64,000 bases of DNA from Gemmatimonadales bacterium (GCA_037189525.1 JBBCJC010000002.1:928001-992000), one strand, 5' to 3'. Shown: positions 47,820 to 58,911, counted from the stretch's first letter. Notes: generated from the letters alone by a model not told the origin. Numbers and translations: made by a program.

Positions 47820-48911
47820 ATGAAACAGCAACTCTTGCTTGGTGTGCTGGCGATTCTGATCGTCGGCTGTGATTCGGGGCAGTCACGGCGGCGGACGGAA
47901 GCGGTACCGGTCGAGCCTTTGCCGATCGGGGCCGATACCGTGGTGGTGCCGTGGACGGACCTGCCGGAGGCCGGTTGGCTCGGTGGCCGGCGGTGGGTCG
48001 TCGTCGGCGCCGATTTCGATGCGGCTTTGCTGGTCGACTTTTCCACGCGGCAGACCCGGCCGATCGGCGCCGGGCGCACCCCGGAGCTGGCCAAGCCGTT
48101 CGGCGTCTTTACGGTGGGCGACACGGCCTTCATCGCCGATTGGGGGCGCCGTCGCCTCACGATCTGGTCGCCGGAGGGGCAGTTGCTCGATACGGTTCCG
48201 GCGCCGGCGGCGACCCGGGGAATGTTGCCGCGCGGGCGTGACGCGGCGGGACAGTACTACTTCGAGGTGCCGCCGGTGGCGGGCGCCAACGGTCGCGGTC
48301 TGCTCGACTCCGCCGTGGTGGTCCGATCGAATCCGGCGCTCACCGTGTTCGATACGGTTGCTCGACTGACGCCGCTCGATGTGGTGGAGATTTCGGAAGC
48401 GCGGGGCAAGCGGTTCGAGCGGCTGGTCTTCAGCGGGTCCGACTGGTGGGGCGTCCTGCCCGATGGCCGGCTGTGGGTCGCGCGGGTTCGCCGGAGCGAG
48501 GTCTCGACCATCGAGAACCGTCGTGAGCGTCGCGGTGAACGTCTGCCGGACGCGGTCATCGAAGTAACCCCGGCCGATCGCGAGCAATACACGTCGACCT
48601 TCCCGCCGGAACTGCGTTCGATGGCCGAGCAGTTGCCCTATGCTCCGTTTCATGCGGCGTTCGAGCGGGGATTCGGCGGGGCGGACGGACTGATCTGGCT
48701 TCGCAAAGCGCGGCCCGCTCTCGATTCGGTGCGGCGGTATCAGGTGGTCGATTCCGCGGGTCGCCTGGCCCGGGTCTTCAGCACGCTGGGTCAGGGCGTC
48801 ATCGTCGCAGCCGGTCGGGATGCCGTTCTCTTCGCGGAACAGTTTCGCGACGGCGTCCGACTGATGGAAATTCGCCTGCCGTCTCCACCTCCCCCGGCTG
48901 CTGAGCCGTGA
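47820..48911 (+). CDS. Lipoprotein, probable beta-propeller, paralogue of 27095..28255
   Basis: Lipobox LIVGC; shared blocks DAAGQYY, FDTVA, WGVLPDG, VTPADRE, YQVVDSAG. Confidence 0.75.
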   Translation: MKQQLLLGVLAILIVGCDSGQSRRRTEAVPVEPLPIGADTVVVPWTDLPEAGWLGGRRWVVVGADFDAALLVDFSTRQTRPIGAGRTPELAKPFGVFTVGDTAFIADWGRRRLTIWSPEGQLLDTVPAPAATRGMLPRGRDAAGQYYFEVPPVAGANGRGLLDSAVVVRSNPALTVFDTVARLTPLDVVEISEARGKRFERLVFSGSDWWGVLPDGRLWVARVRRSEVSTIENRRERRGERLPDAVIEVTPADREQYTSTFPPELRSMAEQLPYAPFHAAFERGFGGADGLIWLRKARPALDSVRRYQVVDSAGRLARVFSTLGQGVIVAAGRDAVLFAEQFRDGVRLMEIRLPSPPPPAAEP

Positions 48912-48971
48912 GCCGGGGGCAACGGGGTCCTTCGTTAGGCAGAGGCCAACGGTAACATTCACGAGGTATTC

Positions 48972-50633
48972 ATGCGCTTTGGTTTGACCGCGCTCCTGCT
49001 GGGGGTCATGGCGGGGTGCGGTGGTCCCGGTCCGGTCGCTCATCGTGAAGTTCTGCTGTACAACGGAAAAATCTTTACCGCCGACTTCGATCATCCCTGG
49101 GTCGAGGCGCTGCTGCTGCGCGGCGACCGAGTCGTGGCGATCGGGACGAACGATGAACTGCTGGCCGGGGCCGGTACGTCGGCGACGGCCATCGACCTCC
49201 GAGGTAGGGTGGTGGTGCCCGGCTTCGACGATGCGCACGACCATGTGACGCCGGGCATTTCCTCGCAGCACGTGGCGACCTCAGGCGGGCCGATGCCGGA
49301 TCCGACGCTGCGGGAGGTTGCGGACAGTATCCGGGCCGCGGTGGCTCGGGTGCCGGCCGGGACGCGGCTGGTGGTGCGGGTCGGGGAGCGCATCCTGAGC
49401 GACTATCGGGCCCGGCGTCAGGTGCTCGACGCCATTGCCCCCGCGCATCCGGTGCAGTTGCGCGGCTGGTCGGGGCACGGGCTGGTCGTCAACAGTGCGG
49501 AGCTTGCGGCCGCCGGGATCGGCGATACGGTGCGCGATCCGCAGGGGGGCTGGTTCGAGCGCGGCGGGAGCGGGCGCTTGACGGGCCGGATGGACGAGTA
49601 CGCCATGTTCAACCTGACGGTGCGGCAAACCGGCCAGGATCTCTCGGCCGCCGTGGAGGCGCTGCGGGCGCGCGCGGCGGAGGCGGTGGCCTGGGGTACC
49701 ACGAGCATCCAGAACATGCCGATCGGTCTCGAGCCGAGTACGGTGGCGCAGCTGGTCGACTCGCTGGAGCTGCCGATCCGGATTCGGATGATTGCGTTTC
49801 CGGCAACTACGCCGGTCGGTCGCGAACCGGCGCCATGGCGGGCGATTCGGTCCGGACCGGTCGATCGCGTCGAGGTGTCGGGCGTCAAGTACATTCTCGA
49901 CGGGACACCGATCGAGCGGCTGGCGCTGCATCGGCGGCCGTACACCGACCGTCCCGGTTGGTACGGACGCGCCAATTTTTCGCCCGATACGGTGCGCGTC
50001 ATCCTGCAGGAGGCGTTGGCCTCCCGGGAACAGCCGCTCTTTCACGCAGCTGGCGACTCGGCCATTGCGGTCGTCCTGGACGCCATGGCGGACCTGGCGC
50101 CGGATTCGGTCTGGAGGCGGATTCGGGTTCGGCTAGAGCACGCCGACGGACTGGCGCCCGATCAATACGAACTGGTGCGCCGCCTGGGCATCGTCGTGGT
50201 TCAGAATCCCAGTCATCTGACGCTCGGCCCGATGGTCTCGGCGCGCTACGGCGCCCAGCGGAGCCGGACCTACCAGCCGATGCGCAGCTTGCTCGACGAG
50301 GGGATCATGCTTGCCTTGGGGAGTGACGGACCCACCAATCCGTTCCTCAACCTGATGTTTGCCGTGACCCATCCGGATAACCCGGCAGAGGCCCTGACCA
50401 TGGAGCAGGCAGTCCGGGCGTACACGCTGGGCTCGGCGTATGCGCAGGGCAAAGAGGGAGTGCGTGGCCGGTTGGTCATCGGGATGATGGCGGATCTGGC
50501 CGTCTTGTCGCAGGACATCTTTACCGTGGCCCCGGAGGCGCTTCCCGCTACGGTCAGTCTGTTGACCCTGCGTGGCGGAGAACCGGTGCATGATCCGGAG
50601 GGGTGGTTTACGCCGTTCCCGACCGGGTCCTGA
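48972..50633 (+). CDS. Amidohydrolase 3 (YtcJ-like) family lipoprotein
   Basis: Lipobox MAGC; PGFDDAHDH, GVKYILDG, HAAGD, RLEHA, GSDG, ADLAVLSQD. Confidence 0.9.
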   Translation: MRFGLTALLLGVMAGCGGPGPVAHREVLLYNGKIFTADFDHPWVEALLLRGDRVVAIGTNDELLAGAGTSATAIDLRGRVVVPGFDDAHDHVTPGISSQHVATSGGPMPDPTLREVADSIRAAVARVPAGTRLVVRVGERILSDYRARRQVLDAIAPAHPVQLRGWSGHGLVVNSAELAAAGIGDTVRDPQGGWFERGGSGRLTGRMDEYAMFNLTVRQTGQDLSAAVEALRARAAEAVAWGTTSIQNMPIGLEPSTVAQLVDSLELPIRIRMIAFPATTPVGREPAPWRAIRSGPVDRVEVSGVKYILDGTPIERLALHRRPYTDRPGWYGRANFSPDTVRVILQEALASREQPLFHAAGDSAIAVVLDAMADLAPDSVWRRIRVRLEHADGLAPDQYELVRRLGIVVVQNPSHLTLGPMVSARYGAQRSRTYQPMRSLLDEGIMLALGSDGPTNPFLNLMFAVTHPDNPAEALTMEQAVRAYTLGSAYAQGKEGVRGRLVIGMMADLAVLSQDIFTVAPEALPATVSLLTLRGGEPVHDPEGWFTPFPTGS

Positions 50634-50722
50634 CCCGAGGCCTGGCAGGTGGTAGATTAGAAGATTCCGGTAGTTCCCAATGACAGAGGCCCGCCGATGG
50701 CGGGCCGAAAGGATCCAGTTCC

Positions 50723-51181
50723 ATGGCGACGATCAGCGTGAACGGCCAGGCCCGTGAAGTCGACGCGGATCCGGCCATGCCCTTGCTGTGGGTCCTTCGG
50801 GACGTCCTGGGCATGACGGGCACCAAGTTCGGATGTGGGATTGCCCAGTGCGGCGCCTGCACCGTGCATCTCGATGGGAACCCGGTGCGCTCGTGCGTGA
50901 CGCCCTGGTCGGCGGTAGGTGCGAAGAAGGTCACCACCATCGAAGGCCTGTCCGATTCCGGCAACCATCCGGTCCAGCAAGCGTGGGTCGAGATGCAGGT
51001 GCCGCAGTGCGGCTACTGCCAGAGCGGCCAGATCATGTCGGCCGTTGCATTGCTCGAGGCCACGCCCAAGCCGACCGATGCCGAAATCGACCAGGCCATG
51101 GCGGGCAACATCTGCCGCTGCGGAACCTATCAGCGGATCCGCGCGGCGATTCACCACGCGGCCGAAACGCGGAGGGCCTGA
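50723..51181 (+). CDS. iorA: (2Fe-2S)-binding small subunit, isoquinoline 1-oxidoreductase alpha-like
   Basis: [34 protein letters not shown]. Confidence 0.92.
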   Translation: MATISVNGQAREVDADPAMPLLWVLRDVLGMTGTKFGCGIAQCGACTVHLDGNPVRSCVTPWSAVGAKKVTTIEGLSDSGNHPVQQAWVEMQVPQCGYCQSGQIMSAVALLEATPKPTDAEIDQAMAGNICRCGTYQRIRAAIHHAAETRRA

Positions 51182-51184
51182 GCC

Positions 51185-53341
51185 ATGACCTCTCGTGCAT
51201 GGAGCCGCCGGGATTTTGTGCGCACCGGCATTGCGGTTGGTGGCGGGCTGCTGGTCACCGTCTACGGCACCGGGTGCGCTCCCAAAGGTGGCACCAGTTC
51301 GGCCGGGCCGAACGAGATCTGGGATGCGAATGCATTCATTCGGCTGGGTGACGACGGCAGTGTCACCATCTTTTCCAAACATCTCGAAATGGGGCAGGGC
51401 GCCTATACCGGCCTGGCCACCATCGTGGCCGATGAACTCGATGCGGACTGGAGCCGGGTGCGGGTCGAAGGGGCGCCGGCCGACGCCCAGCGCTACGGCA
51501 ACAGCGCCTTCGGCGGGATCCAGGGTACCGGCGGGTCGACGGCCGTGGCCAACTCGTGGGAGCAGCACCGCCAGGCGGGCGCCACGGCGCGGGCGCTGCT
51601 GCTCGCGGCGGCTGCGCAGCAGTGGAGCGTGCCCGTCGAGGAATTGAGCACCGAGCCGAATACGGTGGTGCATACCAAGAGCCGGCGCAAGGCTGCCTAT
51701 GGCTCGCTGGTCACCGCGGCGGCTGCCTTACCCGTGCCCGAGAACGTGCCGCTCAAGGATCCCAAGGACTTCCGCTACATCGGCAAGGACAGGGCGGCGC
51801 TGCGCACCGACGCGCGCGACAAGACGACCGGCCAGGCGCAGTTTACCCAGGACGTTCGGTTGCCGGGCATGTTGACGGCGGTGGTTGCGCATCCGCCGCT
51901 CTTCGGCGCCACCGTCAAGTCGTTCGATGCGAGCAAAGCCAAGGCGGTTCGGGGCGTCGTCGACGTGGTCCAGATTCCGAACGGGGTTGCGGTACTGGCG
52001 GACAACACCTGGGCCGCGAAGCAAGGGCGGGATGCGCTCGCAGTCGAGTGGGATACCGGGAAGGCCAACACGCTGGGCGACGCCGAGATCATGGCGGAGC
52101 TGCGCCGACTGGCGGGACGCCCGGGCACCGAGATCCGGCGTGACGGCAATGCGGCGCGGGCGCTGGCCGGCGCGGCCAAGACGGTCGAGGCGAGTTACGA
52201 GTTTCCGTACCTGTCGCACGCGTGCATGGAGCCGATGAATTGTGTCATCGACCTCAAGGCGGATCGGGTCGAAATCTGGAACGGCGAGCAGTTTCAGACC
52301 CCGGATCAGATGGCGGTGGCCGCGGCGACGGGATTCAAGCCGGAGCAGATCAAGATCAACATGCTGTATGCCGGTGGCAGCTTCGGCCGGCGTGCCAATC
52401 CGAAAGCCGACTACATCCTGGAAGCGCTCTCGATTGCCAAGGCCATCGAAGGCCGAGTGCCGGTCAAACTGGTCTGGACGCGCGAAGACGACTCGGCGGC
52501 GGGGTACTTCCGCCCGGCGTTCCTCCACAAGATCAGCGCGGGGCTCGACGCCGACGGGAAGCCGGTGGCCTGGTCGCATCGGGTGGTCGGACAGTCGATT
52601 TCGGCGGGGACGATGTTCGACTCCGGGACCGGCAAAGATCCGGCTTCGTTCGAGGGCGCCGCGGATCATCCGTATGACATCCCCAACGTCTATGTCGACC
52701 TGCACTCTCCGGTTTTTGGGGTGCCGACGCAGTGGTGGCGCTCGGTCGGTCATACCCATACCGGGTTTGCGGTCGAGATGTTCGTCGACGAACTGGCCCG
52801 GAGCGCCGGCGCCGATCCCGTCGAGTTCCGGCGCAGCTTGCTGGGCAAAGAGCCGCGCTGGCTGGGCGTCCTCAACCTTGCTGCGGAGAAAGCGGGGTGG
52901 GGCGGCCCGCTTCCCGAAGGACGGGCGCGCGGTGTCGCCGTACACAAGTCCTTCAATTCGTATGTCGCGGAAGTCGCCGAGGTCTCGCTGGAGGATGGCA
53001 AACCGCGGGTGCATCGGGTGGTCTGTGCCGTCGACTGCGGCATCGTGGTCAATCCCGATGTCGTGCGGATGCAGATGGAAAGCGGGATTGCGTACGGGTT
53101 GAGCGCGGCGTTGTACGGACGGATTGCAATCGACAAGGGCAAGGTGGTGTCGACCAACTTCGATCGCTACCGGGTGCTCCGGATCAATGAAATGCCGGCG
53201 GTCGAAGTCCACATCGTTCCGTCGACCGAAAAGCCCACCGGCGTCGGTGAGCCGGGCACGCCGCCGATCGGTCCGGCGGTGGCCAACGCGGTGGCGGTGT
53301 TGACGGGAAGTCCGGTACGGACGCTGCCATTCAGCGTCTGA
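51185..53341 (+). CDS. iorB: Molybdopterin-binding large subunit, isoquinoline 1-oxidoreductase beta-like, Tat-exported
   Basis: SRRDFV Tat motif; [37 protein letters not shown]. Confidence 0.9.
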   Translation: MTSRAWSRRDFVRTGIAVGGGLLVTVYGTGCAPKGGTSSAGPNEIWDANAFIRLGDDGSVTIFSKHLEMGQGAYTGLATIVADELDADWSRVRVEGAPADAQRYGNSAFGGIQGTGGSTAVANSWEQHRQAGATARALLLAAAAQQWSVPVEELSTEPNTVVHTKSRRKAAYGSLVTAAAALPVPENVPLKDPKDFRYIGKDRAALRTDARDKTTGQAQFTQDVRLPGMLTAVVAHPPLFGATVKSFDASKAKAVRGVVDVVQIPNGVAVLADNTWAAKQGRDALAVEWDTGKANTLGDAEIMAELRRLAGRPGTEIRRDGNAARALAGAAKTVEASYEFPYLSHACMEPMNCVIDLKADRVEIWNGEQFQTPDQMAVAAATGFKPEQIKINMLYAGGSFGRRANPKADYILEALSIAKAIEGRVPVKLVWTREDDSAAGYFRPAFLHKISAGLDADGKPVAWSHRVVGQSISAGTMFDSGTGKDPASFEGAADHPYDIPNVYVDLHSPVFGVPTQWWRSVGHTHTGFAVEMFVDELARSAGADPVEFRRSLLGKEPRWLGVLNLAAEKAGWGGPLPEGRARGVAVHKSFNSYVAEVAEVSLEDGKPRVHRVVCAVDCGIVVNPDVVRMQMESGIAYGLSAALYGRIAIDKGKVVSTNFDRYRVLRINEMPAVEVHIVPSTEKPTGVGEPGTPPIGPAVANAVAVLTGSPVRTLPFSV

Positions 53342-53364
53342 GTTTGTTGCACGGCAGGCGGCGG

Positions 53365-53401
53365 CGCGGTGAGAGAGCGATCTCTCACCGCGTTTTTTTT
53401 T
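53365..53401 (+). terminator. Intrinsic terminator of the iorAB-like operon
   Basis: 12-bp stem CGCGGTGAGAGA/TCTCTCACCGCG with GCGA tetraloop and T9 tail. Confidence 0.92.
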
Positions 53402-53817
53402 CAGGGCATCCGAACGGTCCAGGCGCGCTGGATCAGCCCGCCGCGGATCTCATACATCCAGATCGAGTGATCGCGTTCGCCGGGTTTGGCCTTCCAGCGT
53501 TCGAGTTCGAACACGAACGGTCCGCTGGCGACGCGCGGGTCGACCGTGATGATCAGGCGCTCGGGCCGAGCCAGCATGGTCGCGAAACGCTCGCGGATGG
53601 TGGCTTTGTCTTTGGCGATCAGATTGCCGGAGGGAAATTCCGTCATCGTGGCCGATTCGGCAAAGAGCACCATCATGCCGTCGACGTCGCCGCGGTTGAA
53701 GGCGTCGATCTGCTTCTCGGCAACACGGAGCGGCAGCGTGTCCGACGTTGCTTGCTGCGCAGTGGCGCCGGCGGGCGCGCAGACGAGAGTGGCCAGAAGG
53801 GCAAAGCGCACGGGCAT
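53401..53817 (-). CDS. Secreted SnoaL/NTF2-like protein
   Basis: Signal peptide; QIDAFNRGDVDGM, MYEIRGGLIQRAW. Confidence 0.8.
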   Translation of the reverse strand: MPVRFALLATLVCAPAGATAQQATSDTLPLRVAEKQIDAFNRGDVDGMMVLFAESATMTEFPSGNLIAKDKATIRERFATMLARPERLIITVDPRVASGPFVFELERWKAKPGERDHSIWMYEIRGGLIQRAWTVRMP

Positions 53818-53996
53818 GTCCTGGTGGAGTTGTCAAAAAGTTAATCTCCCGTCCACAAAAGGCGATCGGGGCGCCGGCAATTGTCGTCGACCGCGAAAAT
53901 GGCAGCGCCTTGACGACTCCGTGATCCGTCTGTTTCATTGCGTGCGCCGACGCGATTCTTCTGCATCGGTCAGACTCCCGCACAATCCGGTGCAGC

Positions 53997-54617
53997 ATGA
54001 CGCGACGCTTTCAGCTCGGGCTTGGCATATTCCGGCGGCAGACTCCTGCGCCGTCGGGTGCGCGTGAGACCGCGCTGCTCGAGCGTGTCATGCACGAGTA
54101 TTGGGCGCCGTTGGTTGCCTACGCGACCCGTCTCCTGGGCGACGGCGCGACGGCCGAAGATCTGGTGCAGCGCGGATTCGTTCGTTTGTGGGAACGCGGG
54201 CACTCGTTGCCGGAAGGCGCGGAACTGCGGCCGTTCCTGTATCGGGTAGTTCGCAATCTGGTAGCCAATGAATGGCGCCGGGTTCGCAATCGGGCGCACT
54301 GGATCGAAGACGAGGCGCTCGACGCGCCTTGTCTCCTGACCACCGATGGTCTGCTCGATGCCCGGGAACTCGAAACGGCCGTTGAACTTGCGGTCGAGCA
54401 ACTGCCGCCCCGGCGTCGCGAAATCTTCGTGCTGTCCCGCTACCACGGTCTCTCGAACGCCGAGATCGCGAGTCTGCTCGATCTGTCGCCGCAGACCGTT
54501 GCCAATACGATGGTTACCGCGCTCCGGGACCTCCGGCGCCTGTTGGCCGTCCACCTCGAAAGCTCGTCCTCCAACCCCACCCTCCAGATCGTCCGCCGGA
54601 ACGCGTCCTCCCGATAG
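53997..54617 (+). CDS. ECF RNA polymerase sigma-70 factor
   Basis: AEDLVQRGFVRLW, FLYRVVRN, LPPRRREIFVLSRYHGLSNAEIA; upstream of FecR and SusC. Confidence 0.92.
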   Translation: MTRRFQLGLGIFRRQTPAPSGARETALLERVMHEYWAPLVAYATRLLGDGATAEDLVQRGFVRLWERGHSLPEGAELRPFLYRVVRNLVANEWRRVRNRAHWIEDEALDAPCLLTTDGLLDARELETAVELAVEQLPPRRREIFVLSRYHGLSNAEIASLLDLSPQTVANTMVTALRDLRRLLAVHLESSSSNPTLQIVRRNASSR

Positions 54618-54701
54618 TATCCGTCCGGTTCTCGCGGGTTCTCCTCACGACGAGGGGCATGCCGGGTTGTGGTCCGGTACCCTCCGGACCTTCGGAGCCC
54701 T

Positions 54702-55646
54702 ATGGACGAGTACATCCTCGCGGAACTACAGGACCGGATTGCGCCGGCCGATGCCGCTCGACTGAGCGCCTGGCGTCGCGCCGCGCCCGCGAATGAAGCC
54801 CGATACCAGCAACTCGCGCAGCTTTGGCGCGTTACCAATCGCCCTGATCCGTGGCTGCCGGCATCGCACCCGCCGGCCCTCGGGGCCATCCTCGATCGGC
54901 GCAAAACTCTCAGGCGGCGTTACGCCCTAACGGGCCTCGCGGCCGCGGCCGTGATCATCCTCGCCGTGGGCCAGTTCTGGCGCGGCCCCGGCGCCGTGCC
55001 GTCGTCCAACCCCGCCGGGCTCGGCGCCGCCGAATTCATCACGGAAATCGAAGAACTCGCGACCGCGCGTCTCGACGACGGAAGCATGGTGCGCCTCGCG
55101 CCCAAGAGCCGGCTGCGCGTTTCGCCCACCCGGGCGCGTCGTGAAGTCTGGCTCGACGGCCAGGCCTTCTTTGCCGTGGCGCGCGACACCGCTCGGCCGT
55201 TCACGGTGCGCACCCGGATCGGCGATGTCGAAGTGCTGGGCACCCGTTTCGACGTTCGGGTCGAGGGTACGGCGCTCCGGCTGGTGGTTACGGAGGGCCA
55301 AGTAGCCCTGACCGCGGGCGGACGGCGTGAGATCGTGGTGGCCGGACAGATCGCGACGGTCACCGACGGCGAGGCGCCGCTGGTGATTCGCGGGGCCAAT
55401 CCCGACACGGCGCTGACCTGGATGCGCGGCTTCCTGGTGTTCCAGGATACGCCGTTGCGTCAGGCGGCCCGGGAAATCGAGCGACGGTACGGCATCCAGA
55501 TTCTGCTGCCCGATACGGTCGTTGCCGAACGATTGGTCACGGCCTGGTTCACCTCGCAGGAGGTGGGTCAGGTGTTGGACGCCGTCTGCCGCGCGGTGGA
55601 GGCTCACTGCACGCTGCATAACGGTGTAGCGAGTATCGAGCCATGA
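54702..55646 (+). CDS. FecR family anti-sigma factor
   Basis: TM segment, LDDGSMVRLAPKSRL, LDGQAFFAV, EVLGTRFDV, WMRGFLVF, IERRY; GGAG RBS. Confidence 0.92.
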   Translation: MDEYILAELQDRIAPADAARLSAWRRAAPANEARYQQLAQLWRVTNRPDPWLPASHPPALGAILDRRKTLRRRYALTGLAAAAVIILAVGQFWRGPGAVPSSNPAGLGAAEFITEIEELATARLDDGSMVRLAPKSRLRVSPTRARREVWLDGQAFFAVARDTARPFTVRTRIGDVEVLGTRFDVRVEGTALRLVVTEGQVALTAGGRREIVVAGQIATVTDGEAPLVIRGANPDTALTWMRGFLVFQDTPLRQAAREIERRYGIQILLPDTVVAERLVTAWFTSQEVGQVLDAVCRAVEAHCTLHNGVASIEP

Positions 55647-55705
55647 GGCACGCGACACGCGAACGCGGGAACGATGCGATGTCAGACACGAGGAGGAGAA
55701 CCAGG

Positions 55706-58700
55706 ATGTTGCAGATCCCCTTAGCACTGGTATTCATGACCGCCGCGGCCGCATCCAGCGATGCCCAGCTTGCGATGTCGGTGGTCGATGCCGGCCCGCT
55801 GGCTCGGCCGGCCCGACTGAACCTCGAGCGTGTCCCGCTGGCCAACGGCTTGCAGCTCCTGCACGAGCGATCCGGCGTCGCGCTGGCCTTCAGCTCGCGT
55901 CTGGTGCCGGCGCGCCAACTGGTGAGTTGCCCGTGCGAGAGCGCCACGGTGGGTCAGGCGCTCGATCATATGCTGGCCGGCCTGGGGCTCAAGGCCACCG
56001 AGCTGGGCGGTGACATGGTCATCATTGCGCCGGCCCGGAACGATCGCGCGCGGAATCCCGAGGATGCGCGGCTGCCGAGTGCGGGGCCCGACGCCCTCGA
56101 ATCGGTGCGCGCGGACGACATCGCCGGCCGGATCGTGGGCCGAGTGGTCGCGTCGAGCGGCGAGCCCGTCGGTGAGGCGCAGATCGCGATCGACGGGACC
56201 GGGTTCCGGACCACCAGCGGACCTGACGGGCGATATGCCATTGCCGGCGTTCCGGATGGCACCCATCGGGTCATCGCCCGTCGGATCGGGTACGCGGCCG
56301 AGTCGCGGACCGTGACGGTGGCCGGCGGCGACGTGACGCTGGATTTCACGATGAATCCGGTCTCGATCCGGCTCGATGAAGTCGTGGTGACCGGTACCGC
56401 CGGGCAGGCGCGGCGGCGTGAGGTGGGCAACAGCATCGGGACCATCGACAACGAGCGCCTCGCCGCCGCGCCCCGCACCACGATGAGCGAGATGCTGCAG
56501 GGTCAGGTGGCCGGCGTACAGCAGTTTGCCAACGAGGGCCAGGTCGGCTCGGGCAGCACTATCACGATTCGCGGGCTGAGCAGCCTGACGCAGAGTTCCG
56601 AGCCGCTGATCTACATCGACGGCGTGCGGGTCAACAACGCGACCTACATGAACAACTCGCTCACCCGCACCACGGCAACCGGGAATCCGGGCGCCAACGG
56701 CGCGCAGAACTCGCCCAAGCCGCTCGACAACATCAACCCCGACGACGTGCTCCGGATCGAAGTGATCCGCGGGCCTGCGGCGACCACGCTGTACGGAACC
56801 GAAGCCGCGGCCGGTGTGATCCAGGTCTTTACCAAGCGGGGCCAGTTCGGCACCCGGCCGCAGTGGAACCTGACGCTGGGCGGCGGCGTGCGGACTCAGA
56901 CGGCCAACAGTCTCGGCCCCGTGGTAGGCAAGGACCCGACCTTCCTCGGTCTCAAGCCCTTCCTCCGGAACGGTGCGCAGCACGAGGCCGATCTGTCGGT
57001 GGCGGGCGGCAACGACGTGATCCGGTACTTCGTCGCGGCCAATCACGAGTACGCCGAAGGTACCTTGCCCAAGAACGACTCGCGGCGGGCGGGCCTCCGG
57101 GCCAACTTCGATTTCCAGCCGCAGGACAAGTTGTCAATCCACGTGTCGAGCGCCTTCTCGAACCGGACCAGTCACTTCCTCGAAAGCGGCGACAACACCT
57201 ACGGCTTCCTGCTCAACGTCTTCCGCGGCTCGCAGGACTACACCGGCGGCAATCACGCCATGCTGCTGGACATCGACAACGCGAGCCGGACCGATCACCT
57301 GGTCACCGGCGTGACGCTGACGCATACCGGAATCCGGAACGTCACGAGCAAGTTGACCGTCGGTATCGACTATACCAACTCGTTCAACGACGAGACGCTG
57401 CCGTTCGACTTCCCCTTGCTGCGGACGGGACAGCGGAACACCAGTTCCTGGACTCATCGGACCCTGACGGCCGACCTGGCCAGCACCTGGTCCAAGTCGC
57501 TCGGCTCGAAGCTGTCGTCCTCCTTCTCGGCGGGCGGCCAGTTCTACCACGACTATGACCACACCCTGATCGGAACCGCGGAAAACTTTGGTGGCCCCGG
57601 CCAGGTGACGCTCAGCTCGGGCGCCAACACCCGCGCGAGCGAGGCGCAGCTCACGGTCGTCAACGCCGGCTTCTTCGTCCAGGAGATGCTCGGCTTCAAC
57701 GATCGGTTCTTCGTGACGGTCGGTGCGCGCGCCGACGGGAACAGCGCCTTCGGCAGCAACCTCGGCTTGCAGCTCTATCCCAAGGTCAGCGCGTCGTACG
57801 TGATCTCGGACGAGTCCTTCTGGCCCAAGTGGTGGCAGACCATGAAGCTGCGTGGCGCCTGGGGTCAGGCCGGTAAGGCGCCGGGGGCGTTCGATGCCGT
57901 GCGCACCTGGACGCCGGTTGCCGGGTACGACGGCCAGCCGGGTGTGACCCCGGCCAACGTCGGTAATCCCGATCTTGGCCCGGAACGGACCAGCGAGGTC
58001 GAACTGGGCTTCGAAACCTCTGTGCTGGACGATCGCCTCTCGGCGGACGTCTCGTACTATCGCCGGACGACCAACGATGCGCTCTTCCGGGTCACGGCGC
58101 CGCCGTCGGAAGGTTTCCTTATCTCGTCGCTGCGGAACGTCGGGACGCTGCGCAGCAACGGGCTCGAGCTGTCGGTCACCGGTGTGGTGCTGCAGAAGCG
58201 GAACGTCGAGTTGAGCCTGACCGGCCAGTACAGCACCAACGAGAGCGAGGTCGTGGACCTGGGTGGCGCGCCGGCCTTCACGGTCGGGTTCGCGTCGCTG
58301 GGCCAGTGGGTTCGCCAGGGCTATCCGATGGTCTCGGTATTCGGACGGCAGGTCACCAATCCGGATGACATCGCGGAGCCGCAGTATGCCACCGACCAGT
58401 ATCTCGGTTCGGTCTACCCGACCTTCAACTATGGATTCAGCATGAATCTGCGGCTCTTCCAGCGCTTCACGCTGACGGCGCTCGGCGAGGGGGCGGGAGG
58501 CCATGTGGCGCTCAACAACTTCCCGTGGCAGTCGGCGCGCCGGAACCTCTGGCCCGAGTGCAACGATCGCCAGCCGCTGACCGACCAGGCCGCGATCTGG
58601 CGTGCTCGCTGCGCCGGTCCGCTGCAGGATCGTGAATCGTGGATTCGGCCGGCGGATTACTTCAAGCTGCGCACCATCGGGGCGACCTATCAGGTTCCCA

Positions 58701-58894
58701 AGGGCGTCGTGCCTGGTGCGGAGAGCGCGTCGCTGTCGCTGCAGATCCAGAATCCGTGGAAGTGGTCCAAGCATCCCGGTCTCGATCCGGAGCTGACCCG
58801 CGGCGGCACCTTCGCGGTCTTCCCGGCCCGTTACGAGTATTACCAGCTGTCGCCGGCCCGGCTCGTCACGGTCGCCGCGCGTCTGTCTTACTGA
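55706..58894 (+). CDS. SusC/RagA-family TonB-dependent transducer with STN domain (SusC3)
   Basis: STN-like N-terminus, carboxypeptidase-like domain, LDEVVVTG, IEVIRGPAATTLYGTEAAAGVIQVFTKRG, GNPDLGPE, terminal Tyr; ATG 55706 has AGGAGG RBS (alternative 55643). Confidence 0.93.
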   Translation: MLQIPLALVFMTAAAASSDAQLAMSVVDAGPLARPARLNLERVPLANGLQLLHERSGVALAFSSRLVPARQLVSCPCESATVGQALDHMLAGLGLKATELGGDMVIIAPARNDRARNPEDARLPSAGPDALESVRADDIAGRIVGRVVASSGEPVGEAQIAIDGTGFRTTSGPDGRYAIAGVPDGTHRVIARRIGYAAESRTVTVAGGDVTLDFTMNPVSIRLDEVVVTGTAGQARRREVGNSIGTIDNERLAAAPRTTMSEMLQGQVAGVQQFANEGQVGSGSTITIRGLSSLTQSSEPLIYIDGVRVNNATYMNNSLTRTTATGNPGANGAQNSPKPLDNINPDDVLRIEVIRGPAATTLYGTEAAAGVIQVFTKRGQFGTRPQWNLTLGGGVRTQTANSLGPVVGKDPTFLGLKPFLRNGAQHEADLSVAGGNDVIRYFVAANHEYAEGTLPKNDSRRAGLRANFDFQPQDKLSIHVSSAFSNRTSHFLESGDNTYGFLLNVFRGSQDYTGGNHAMLLDIDNASRTDHLVTGVTLTHTGIRNVTSKLTVGIDYTNSFNDETLPFDFPLLRTGQRNTSSWTHRTLTADLASTWSKSLGSKLSSSFSAGGQFYHDYDHTLIGTAENFGGPGQVTLSSGANTRASEAQLTVVNAGFFVQEMLGFNDRFFVTVGARADGNSAFGSNLGLQLYPKVSASYVISDESFWPKWWQTMKLRGAWGQAGKAPGAFDAVRTWTPVAGYDGQPGVTPANVGNPDLGPERTSEVELGFETSVLDDRLSADVSYYRRTTNDALFRVTAPPSEGFLISSLRNVGTLRSNGLELSVTGVVLQKRNVELSLTGQYSTNESEVVDLGGAPAFTVGFASLGQWVRQGYPMVSVFGRQVTNPDDIAEPQYATDQYLGSVYPTFNYGFSMNLRLFQRFTLTALGEGAGGHVALNNFPWQSARRNLWPECNDRQPLTDQAAIWRARCAGPLQDRESWIRPADYFKLRTIGATYQVPKGVVPGAESASLSLQIQNPWKWSKHPGLDPELTRGGTFAVFPARYEYYQLSPARLVTVAARLSY

Positions 58895-58911
58895 GGAGCG
58901 AGGAGCAACCG

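Noticed and set aside
50650..50722. Possible Moco riboswitch upstream of the molybdoenzyme operon (hairpin GGCCCGCC-gat-GGCGGGCC at 50688-50706)
   Set aside because: The leader is only about 60 nt with a single hairpin, too short and simple for the multi-stem Moco RNA motif.
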